This document shows positions 18,605-24,960 of a stretch of 24,960 bases of DNA, in pieces (position 1 is the stretch's first letter; each line of letters begins with the position of its first letter). The DNA is from Candidatus Fervidifonticultor quintus (GTDB lineage Bacteria; Sysuimicrobiota; Sysuimicrobiia; Sysuimicrobiales; Humicultoraceae). Location of the stretch: NCBI GenBank assembly GCA_031459535.1, contig JAVKIJ010000044.1, forward strand, positions 1 to 24,960, given 5' to 3'. The translations under genes were made by a program, and so were the position numbers. The notes beneath the pieces were generated by a model. The model made no database searches. It was not told where the DNA came from and was given only the letters and a program-made list of their open reading frames with translations.

Positions 18605-19288
18605 CTACGTCACCCTGCCAGGCGTCAATCCTCTCCGACGCCGCGCGGCGCCAAGGCCCACCATTCCCAGCAGTCCCGACGCGAACAGGGAGACGACAGC
18701 AGGTTCGGGCGTGGGCGCCAGAACGAAGGGGGAATTTTCCGGCTTCCCCGCATTCAAGACATTCCCCAACACCGTGATGGGAGGAGCCGTTGAGACCGCA
18801 CCGAACACAGCGCTAGTCGTGCCGGGGCCCATGCTCGGGGAGAAGGTGAATTTTAGGTTCCCCTGCGTGGTATCAGGAAACATCTCCGCAGTACTGGGTG
18901 CTGTCCCAGAACCCGTGATGTAGAAAGCATCAGTGCTAGGTCCAAACGGCGAGAAGTTCTCCACCAGGAAGTTCCAGGGCATGGAAATTCCGGCTATGCC
19001 TCCGGAGACGTTGGTGTTTGTGACCACGTAAGTGTAGCCGAAGAATCCAGAACAGGAATCCGTTCCGGAGTACACCGTTGATGTCACAGATCCGCCTCCG
19101 TCCCCGAGGAAGGAGTAGGGGCTCGTTAGGGTAGCAAACACAGATGATGATGGGAAACAACTGCTGAATGCTGTCGAAGTTATCCCCGACAGGTCCAGAA
19201 GAGTCGCCTGCGCGGTCCCCGCCGCGAGGGCGACAGATGCTGGCGCTACGACCAGCGTGAAAACCAAGAATCGCCTGAGCCGATGCAT
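18605..19288 (-). CDS. PEP-CTERM sorting-domain surface protein (no. 1)
   Basis: GGGAGG RBS; signal peptide MHRLRRFLVFTLVVAPASVALAAGTAQA; Ser/Thr-rich mature domain with two Cys; C-terminus PTPEPAVVSLFASGLLGMVGLGAARRRR. Confidence 0.9.
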   Translation of the reverse strand: MHRLRRFLVFTLVVAPASVALAAGTAQATLLDLSGITSTAFSSCFPSSSVFATLTSPYSFLGDGGGSVTSTVYSGTDSCSGFFGYTYVVTNTNVSGGIAGISMPWNFLVENFSPFGPSTDAFYITGSGTAPSTAEMFPDTTQGNLKFTFSPSMGPGTTSAVFGAVSTAPPITVLGNVLNAGKPENSPFVLAPTPEPAVVSLFASGLLGMVGLGAARRRRGLTPGRVT

Positions 19289-19451
19289 GATTTCTCTCCC
19301 TCCCCGCGGAGGTAGACGCTCTCCCGCATTTGCACCTCAAATATTCGCCGGGCAATCCCCCGCCAACTCTTCCTGCATGTGAACGGTTCCTCGAGCGCAA
19401 CCGAACTATAGGGACCCGCCCACGGGGCTGGCCGGGTAGCCCTGTCAGGCC

Positions 19452-20084
19452 TCAGGGGGCGACGTGAGTGGCCAGAACCGGCCACAGCAGCCGCACGAAT
19501 GCTCCCTGCAGCCCCTCGGCGTCTCGCGCGGATGGTCCCAGAGGCCCGTTGACCCGCACCAGCACCTCGTCGCTGCGCCGGCGCGCCAGGGCGTTCCATG
19601 CCAGCAGCAGGAGCGCCTCCCTCTCCCGGGCTACGACCCGGCGGCCCACCTGGTACCAGTACAGAACCAGCTGGCGACTGCCGCCTTTTTCGATCACCAC
19701 GCGGTTCACCGTCACGGTCTGATCCTCAACCGGCAGGGCCAGCAGGCGGTGGTCCACGATAACCCACCCCGCTCCCGGCAGGCACACCTGAGGGGAGTGC
19801 ACCCGCTCGCTGAGTCGCTGGGAGCCGTAGTATCCCACGTACAACCCCAGCCCTCGGCCGGAGGGGTCGCGGTACGTGCGCAGAACGTAGTCGTCCACTC
19901 CCAGGGCAGCCACCACCCCCGGCTCGAAGAACTCGGTGCGCCCGCTCCACTGGCCCACCTGCATGGGGAGCTCCGACAGGGGCTTGCGCAGGGGCATGCC
20001 GCCCGAGACGGCCAGATTGTGCAGCAGGACTGCGGTCCCCGCCAGGGTGAGCATGCTCAGGGCAGAAGCCGACCGGCGGCTCAC
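19452..20084 (-). CDS. epsI: EpsI-family exosortase-associated protein (stand-alone)
   Basis: GTG at 20084 overlaps the exosortase TGA. N-terminal TM, then PLSELPMQVGQWSG, LGVDDY..R.Y, LYVGYY.SQR, VHSPQVCLPGAGW, LVLYWYQ, RRSD..LVRV. Confidence 0.9.
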   Translation of the reverse strand: MSRRSASALSMLTLAGTAVLLHNLAVSGGMPLRKPLSELPMQVGQWSGRTEFFEPGVVAALGVDDYVLRTYRDPSGRGLGLYVGYYGSQRLSERVHSPQVCLPGAGWVIVDHRLLALPVEDQTVTVNRVVIEKGGSRQLVLYWYQVGRRVVAREREALLLLAWNALARRRSDEVLVRVNGPLGPSARDAEGLQGAFVRLLWPVLATHVAP

Positions 20085-21022
20085 GGGACCACCGCGGGCC
20101 GGCCGACCCGAGCCAGCACGGCCCCTGCGGCCACCAGCATGCTCAGGGCCAGCATGAAGATCAGCCACCCCGAGAACGTGTGGTAAAAGCCCATGGCCGC
20201 CGCCATCCCCACGGTGTGCGCCAGCACGCCGGTGGCCGCGATCCGCAGCGCGTTGGTCAGCAGCGCGATAGGGACCGCCGACAGCACCACCAGGCCCCGC
20301 CGCCACCAGCCGCGCTGGCTGACGTAGGCGTAGATGACGGCCAGCGCCAGCAGGGAGATCAACGACCGGATCCCGCTGCAGGCCTCCACCACCTCCAGGC
20401 GGGTGTAGGCCAGGTTGATGATGTTGCCCTCCCGGAACACCGGGACGCCCGCCAGGTCCAATGCCGTCGTCGCCAGGGAAGCGGCCAGCAACTGCAGGGG
20501 GAAGGCGATCCCGACGAACAGGGGCACCGGCAGCGGCAGCATGAACACCAGGTACGTCAGGGGGAAAGCCAGGACACGCAGCAGAGCCGGCCCGCCCAGA
20601 AGCAGGATCAGTCCCGCCAGGGTCACCGGCAGCGACAGCCGGCCCGGGTAGCCAAACGCCGCCGCCTCGCCTGCCACGAGCATCGCCAGGCCCCCCACCA
20701 GCACCGGGTAGCCCCACGCCGACGTCCGCCGCGGCACGCTGCGCAGCGCCCGGCGACGTTCCCACACCAGATACGCGCTGATGACGGGAACCAGAAAGCC
20801 GTGGGAGTAGTTGGGGTCGGTCCGCCACTGGTGGACCAGCCCCCCGAGCACCGGCGCGTATAGGTACAAAAAGAGCCCCGCGAGGGCCGCGCCCTCGACG
20901 ACCGGCGCCACCCTCCGGGCGGTTACCGCCGGGACGTGGATCTTGCGTCTGCCGGCCGGTCCGACCCTGGCTGGCGCCACTTGTGCCTGGTACCCGTCCA
21001 CAGGGTCACCCTCACCCGCCAC
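20081..21022 (-). CDS. epsH: Exosortase (EpsH family, multi-TM transpeptidase)
   Basis: W.TDPNYSHGFLVP, FPL..L.FMLPLP, FPLQLLA, GVPVFREGNII, VVEACSGIRSL (catalytic Cys), NALRI (Arg), YHTFSGW (His). Start is uncertain (GTG 21022 or 21001). Confidence 0.95.
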   Translation of the reverse strand: MAGEGDPVDGYQAQVAPARVGPAGRRKIHVPAVTARRVAPVVEGAALAGLFLYLYAPVLGGLVHQWRTDPNYSHGFLVPVISAYLVWERRRALRSVPRRTSAWGYPVLVGGLAMLVAGEAAAFGYPGRLSLPVTLAGLILLLGGPALLRVLAFPLTYLVFMLPLPVPLFVGIAFPLQLLAASLATTALDLAGVPVFREGNIINLAYTRLEVVEACSGIRSLISLLALAVIYAYVSQRGWWRRGLVVLSAVPIALLTNALRIAATGVLAHTVGMAAAMGFYHTFSGWLIFMLALSMLVAAGAVLARVGRPAVVP

Positions 21023-21202
21023 GATGGCCGGCCGGTCATCCCGGCGTCTTCCTTCTAACGGAGGATTCGTGGGCGCTCACATGAGCACCCCGCCCGTGGG
21101 TCTTGCCACAACCTCAACCGGGGATCGTCCGCAGGAGCCGACGAGAACGTTCCTCCGAGAGGAGCAGGTGCGCACGCGTGGGCGTAATGAGACAAAGATA
21201 CC

Positions 21203-21913
21203 ATGGTGGATCACGAGGCCTTCTGGGCACGCCAGCGCCTGCTGGTCATCGCACCGCACCCCGACGATGAGGCGTACGGGTGTGCCGGTACCATGGCCAA
21301 GGTGAAGGCCCTGGGAGGGCAGGTGTACGTCCTGGTGGGCTCGGTCGGCGACCTGCAGCACTACGGTAACGGCCCCGTGGCCGCCGAGACCCGGCTGGCG
21401 GAACTGGACCGCGCCATGGAGGTCCTCCGGGTCGACGACTACGACGTCCTCTTCACCGATTCTGACCGTCACCTGCGGCTGGACGCCGTGCCCCAGCGGG
21501 ACCTGATGGCCCTCATCGAGCGAGACAGCCGCTGCTCGCTGGACCGGGTGCGACCGACGGCCGTGCTGCTGCCGACCCCGGCGTTCAATCAGGACCACGA
21601 CGCCCTCTTTCGGGCCGGGTTCGCCGCCTGTCGGCCGCACCTGCGGCAGCACAAGTCCTGTGCGGACCTCGTGCTCTCCTACGAGAGCCCGCACGTGGCG
21701 TGGGCTCCACAGACCCTGCGGCCCACCTTGTACGTGGATATCTCCGCCTATCTGACCGTCAAGCTACAGGCCCTGTCCTGCCACGCCTCCCAGGTGCGTC
21801 CGGCGCCGGACTGGGGCAGTCGGGAAAATGTGGAGCGGCTGGCCCGGCTGCGAGGCGCCGAGGTCGCCGTGGACGCCGCCGAGGCGTTCGTATGCCACCG
21901 CGTCGTGTTGTGA
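21203..21913 (+). CDS. PIG-L/LmbE-family N-deacylase
   Basis: LVIAPHPDDE.YGCAGT, R.AE...AM..L, NQDH, SYE, YVDIS....KL.AL.CHASQ, ARLRG......AEAF. Confidence 0.9.
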   Translation: MVDHEAFWARQRLLVIAPHPDDEAYGCAGTMAKVKALGGQVYVLVGSVGDLQHYGNGPVAAETRLAELDRAMEVLRVDDYDVLFTDSDRHLRLDAVPQRDLMALIERDSRCSLDRVRPTAVLLPTPAFNQDHDALFRAGFAACRPHLRQHKSCADLVLSYESPHVAWAPQTLRPTLYVDISAYLTVKLQALSCHASQVRPAPDWGSRENVERLARLRGAEVAVDAAEAFVCHRVVL

Positions 21914-22998
21914 TCCCCCACTCCCGCCCCACCGTGGACGAGGAGGACATCGGCGCGGTGGTGGCGGTCCTGCGCTCGGGCCATCTGGCCCAGGGGCAGG
22001 CGGTGGCGCAATTTGAGCGTGACGTGGCCGCGTACCTGGGCCGCCGGGGTGGGGTGGCCACCAGTTCGGGTACCGCAGCCCTGCACCTGGCCCTGCTGGC
22101 GCTGGGGATCGGACCTGGCGACGAGGTGGTGCTGCCGTCGTACACGTGCGTGGCCCTGCTGCACGCCGTGACGTATGTGGGCGCGGCCCCGGTCCTGGCA
22201 GAGGTAGACCCGCAGGCCATGACCGTCTGCCCCGACGACGTCGCGCGGCGGCTCACCCGCCGGACGCGGGCGCTGATCGTCCCCCACATGCACGGCCTGG
22301 CCGCGGACCTGGATCCGCTGCTGGCCCTGGGGGTCCCGGTGGTGGAGGACTGCGCCCAGGCCTTCGGAGCCACGTATCGGGGCAGGCCGGCAGGATCGTT
22401 CGGCGTCGTCGCCGTGTGCTCGTTCTACGCCACCAAGGTGCTCACCACCGGCGAAGGAGGCATGCTGGTCGCCGATGACGACCGCATCCTGGCCCGGGCG
22501 CGGGACCTGAGAGACTACGACGGACGGGACGCACTCTGCACCCGGTACAACTACAAGATGACCGACTTCCAGGCGGCCCTGGGGTGCAGCCAACTGCGCC
22601 GCCTGCCCCGGTTCCTGGCCCGTCGCCGCGCCATTGCCGCAACGTACTCCGCCCGGCTGGCCCACCTTCCGGTGGGCCTCCCCGTGGTCCCCCAGGGCCG
22701 CGGACACATCTTCTACCGGTACGTGATCCGCGTGGACGACTCCGTCCGCGCCAGCCGCCACCTCGCCGATCGGGGTGTGGACGCGAAGCCGCCGGTCCCC
22801 CGGCCGCTGCATCACCTGACGGGCCAGACCGGCTTTCCGGTCACGGACGCGGTGGCCCGCACGGCTCTCTCGCTGCCGATCTACCCGACGCTGACCGACG
22901 CGGAGGTGGAGCACGTCGCCGCCGCCGTGGCCGAGGCGGTGCGGGTTGACAGGGGGGTGCGGTGGCAGAGGTCTCTGCTGGTTTCATCCTGGCGCTAG
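21910..22998 (+). CDS. DegT/DnrJ/EryC1/StrS-family PLP sugar aminotransferase (ArnB-like)
   Basis: GTGA overlap at 21910. SSGTAALHLAL, GPGDEV, VEDCAQAFG, SFYATKVLTTGEGG (PLP Lys), YNYKMTDFQAALG..QL, LSLPIYP. Confidence 0.93.
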   Translation: MIPHSRPTVDEEDIGAVVAVLRSGHLAQGQAVAQFERDVAAYLGRRGGVATSSGTAALHLALLALGIGPGDEVVLPSYTCVALLHAVTYVGAAPVLAEVDPQAMTVCPDDVARRLTRRTRALIVPHMHGLAADLDPLLALGVPVVEDCAQAFGATYRGRPAGSFGVVAVCSFYATKVLTTGEGGMLVADDDRILARARDLRDYDGRDALCTRYNYKMTDFQAALGCSQLRRLPRFLARRRAIAATYSARLAHLPVGLPVVPQGRGHIFYRYVIRVDDSVRASRHLADRGVDAKPPVPRPLHHLTGQTGFPVTDAVARTALSLPIYPTLTDAEVEHVAAAVAEAVRVDRGVRWQRSLLVSSWR

Positions 22999-24014
22999 CC
23001 GTCGCCTGGGTCCTCACGCCCGCCTGTGGGTGGCTGGCCCGGGCGGTCGGACTGGTGGACCGACCCGCGCCGCGCAAGCTGCACGCTGTCCCCACGCCGC
23101 TGCTGGGCGGGGCGGCGGTGCTTGCGGCGGTGGCGGCGGCGGTGCTGGTGTTCGCCCGACCGGTGGTTCGGGAGCACGTGTACCTGCTGCTGGCCGGGGC
23201 GACGATCTTCGCAGTCATCGGCTTACTTGATGACGCCCGCAACGTCGGCGCCGGCAAGCTCGCGGCCGAAGCCGCCGTGGTTGTCGGAATCGTCTGGGCC
23301 GGCGACTTCCGCGTCGTCCTGCCCTGGCCGTACCTGGGGGAGACGTTGGTGGTTCTGTGGATCGTCGGCGTGGCCAACGCCTTCAACTGCCTCGACTGCG
23401 CTGACGGGGTGGCCGCGGGGGCCGCGGCGGTGGCCGGGTTGGGGCTGCTGGCCCTGGCGCTGTGGGCAGGCCGCCTGGCCGTGGCGGTGGTGGCGGCCTC
23501 GGTGGCGGGAGCGTGCCTGGGCTTCCTGCGCTACAACTTCCCGCCCGCCCGCATCTTCCTGGGCGATGCCGGCAGCCTCACGCTGGGCTTTGTGTTGGCG
23601 TCCACGGCGGCGGTGGTGTCCGGCGGGGCGGTGGATCCCTCCCGCCTTCTGCCGCCCGTGCTGATCCTGGCCGTGCCGGTGGGAGACTTCCTGCTCGTAC
23701 ACTGGCGCCGGTACCGCGCCGGCGTGCGGCCCCTGACCCGGCTGGTCACCTCCACCGGCAAGGACCACCTCCCCCACCGTCTGCTGGCTTCGGGGCACAG
23801 CGCCCGCCGGACGGCCGTGCGGGTGTACCTGGCGATGGGGGTGCTCGGCGCCGCCGCCGTCGGCGTGGCGGCAGGCGGGCCGTGGCTGCCGGTGACCATG
23901 GGGGGCTTGGCCGGCGCGGTCACGGCCCTGGGGATCCGCCCGCTGCTGCTCCGTCCGGCTCCCGAGATCCGCTGGAACCTGCCGCGTCCCGCGTCGGCCG
24001 ACGACCGGCCGTAG
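22962..24014 (+). CDS. MraY/WecA-family undecaprenyl-phosphate sugar-1-phosphate transferase
   Basis: GLVDRP..RKLH..PTPLLGG, GLLDD, NAFN.LD..DG, GFLRYNFPPARIFLGDAGS, DHLPHRL; multiple TM segments. Confidence 0.9.
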   Translation: MAEVSAGFILALAVAWVLTPACGWLARAVGLVDRPAPRKLHAVPTPLLGGAAVLAAVAAAVLVFARPVVREHVYLLLAGATIFAVIGLLDDARNVGAGKLAAEAAVVVGIVWAGDFRVVLPWPYLGETLVVLWIVGVANAFNCLDCADGVAAGAAAVAGLGLLALALWAGRLAVAVVAASVAGACLGFLRYNFPPARIFLGDAGSLTLGFVLASTAAVVSGGAVDPSRLLPPVLILAVPVGDFLLVHWRRYRAGVRPLTRLVTSTGKDHLPHRLLASGHSARRTAVRVYLAMGVLGAAAVGVAAGGPWLPVTMGGLAGAVTALGIRPLLLRPAPEIRWNLPRPASADDRP

Positions 24015-24077
24015 AGGCAGGGGCCGGGGCGAAGGGTTCCGGTCGGATGACCTTTTCAGCGCGAGGAAGGAGGGACC

Positions 24078-24572
24078 TTGGCTCCTGCTCCCGAGGATCA
24101 GGGTCCGGACATTGCGTACCTGTCCAGCAGTGTGTACGGCCTGGAAAGCCGGCTGCTCCGACTGGTAAGAGAGAGCGCAGGCGGCGGAATTCCCCTGGAC
24201 GACTTTGTCACTGAACTTTCCCTGCTGGCCAAAGACGTGCGGCGGCTGTTCCGCCAGGCGGGCGAGGCCCGGCAGCGGCGGGATCTGCACTTCAGCGCGG
24301 CCATGAAGCTGCAGGAGATCAGCGACCACTGCGTGTGGCTGTATCGGAAAATCCAGCTGGAGAGGGCCTTTTTCGAAAAACTCTACTACGAGTCCCGACT
24401 CCGCTCCGTGGCCTCCGACGACGTCTACACCCTGTCCCAGCGCCTGGTCCAGGCGGAGGCGCTGGAGCAGCAGTTCAGCCGCGCCACCGATGAGCAGCTG
24501 CGCCGGGAGCTCCTGGACGACCAGCCCGACGGCCTGCAGCTCGGTACGGTTTCCCCGTGGATGCCGGACTGA
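24078..24572 (+). CDS. Hypothetical protein, predicted alpha-helical
   Basis: Purine-rich RBS (GAGGAAGGAGGG) before TTG; 164-aa ORF with ordinary protein composition; no recognised family. Confidence 0.7.
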   Translation: MAPAPEDQGPDIAYLSSSVYGLESRLLRLVRESAGGGIPLDDFVTELSLLAKDVRRLFRQAGEARQRRDLHFSAAMKLQEISDHCVWLYRKIQLERAFFEKLYYESRLRSVASDDVYTLSQRLVQAEALEQQFSRATDEQLRRELLDDQPDGLQLGTVSPWMPD

Positions 24573-24636
24573 GAGCGGAACCCGGCCCGGTCTGTCGGTG
24601 CGGTCGGGGGAGGGCGGTTGCCGCTTCCCGTGCGCC

Positions 24637-24666
24637 TTGACTCTCTACGCGCGCTCTGCCTACACT
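24637..24666 (+). promoter_or_regulatory. Sigma70-type promoter for the downstream DUF2203-like gene
   Basis: TTGACT (24637-24642), 18-bp spacer, TACACT (24661-24666); followed by GGAG and ATG at 24687. Confidence 0.7.
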
Positions 24667-24686
24667 GGGGGCGGAGTCCCGCGCCC

Positions 24687-24960
24687 ATGCGCTTTGTGCG
24701 GCACTTCTCCCTCGACGAGGCCAACCGGGCGCTGCGCGAGATCACGCCCCTGCTGGTTCGCCTCCGGGAGATCCACATCGCGGCCACCCGGGCCCGGGAG
24801 CGCCTGGACGTCCTGTGGAAGCGCCTGGAGTCCGGGGAGCCGGTTCTGGACGACCTCACCGGGGTCCGCGCCCAGATCGAATCGCTGACCCGGGAGGCGG
24901 CCGGCCTGCTGCGCCGCCTGGACGAGGTCGGCTGCATCCTGCGGGACGTGGAGATGGGCC
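24687..24960 (+). CDS. DUF2203-family protein, 3'-truncated (absent from the ORF track)
   Basis: Own translation: MRFVRHFSLDEANRALREITPLL...LLRRLDEVGCILRDVEMG. This matches the F(T/S)xxEAN start and G..(K/R)D...G region recalled for DUF2203. No stop before the window end. Confidence 0.78.
   Translation, partial: MRFVRHFSLDEANRALREITPLLVRLREIHIAATRARERLDVLWKRLESGEPVLDDLTGVRAQIESLTREAAGLLRRLDEVGCILRDVEMG

Noticed and set aside
19259..19288. Possible twin-arginine (Tat) signals in the PEP-CTERM leaders (LRRFLV; MRRLRS)
   Set aside because: They do not fit S/T-R-R-x-F-L-K and are more simply basic Sec n-regions.
19351..19366. Sigma54-like TTGGC...TTGC on the minus strand upstream of PEP-CTERM no. 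1
   Set aside because: Only 6 nt separate TGGC and TTGC, versus the 7 required for the -24/-12 spacing.
16231..21201. AAAGATAC octamer shortly upstream of both the PEP-CTERM no. 2 and PIG-L starts
   Set aside because: Only two copies at different spacings; cannot be distinguished from chance.
21069..21305. Possible small ORF after GGAGGA at 21060-21065
   Set aside because: RBS spacing is poor, it overlaps the PIG-L gene out of frame, and it has no protein-like features.
4405..24329. Many long alternative-frame and antisense ORFs (e.g. 4405-5712, 10709-12322, 10542-11987, 21748-22914, 23223-24329)
   Set aside because: Shadow ORFs typical of high-GC DNA: they overlap well-supported genes and have R/P/G/A-rich, motif-free translations.
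1..24960. tRNA, rRNA, CRISPR arrays, transposases or integrases
   Set aside because: None recognised; the window is almost fully accounted for by CDSs and short intergenic regions.

Overview
High-GC bacterial window devoted almost entirely to cell-surface glycan biosynthesis and protein sorting. Three plus-strand, tightly translation-coupled blocks are present: (1) GT4, asnB, a frameshifted methyltransferase, an epimerase, a GT2-GtrA-GT2 fusion, a CapK-like ligase and two GT4s; (2) an ArnA-like SDR plus WbqC; (3) PIG-L, DegT and a WecA/MraY-family transferase. They are separated by two minus-strand blocks. One encodes a small membrane protein and an 896-aa secreted LVIVD-repeat protein. The other is a compact PEP-CTERM/exosortase cassette: exosortase, EpsI, a PEP-CTERM protein, a PrsT-like TPR protein and a second PEP-CTERM protein. 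The window ends with a hypothetical gene and the 5' part of a DUF2203-like gene behind a sigma70-type promoter. Most notable are an exact 7-bp tandem duplication that breaks the methyltransferase, a PrsT homologue with Gly where the lipobox Cys would be, a possible Ara4N-like amino-pentose pathway built from non-canonical parts, and hints that the exosortase cassette interrupts a wbqC/PIG-L operon. No RNA genes, CRISPR arrays or transposases were recognised. All family calls come from motif recognition by eye, not from database searches.
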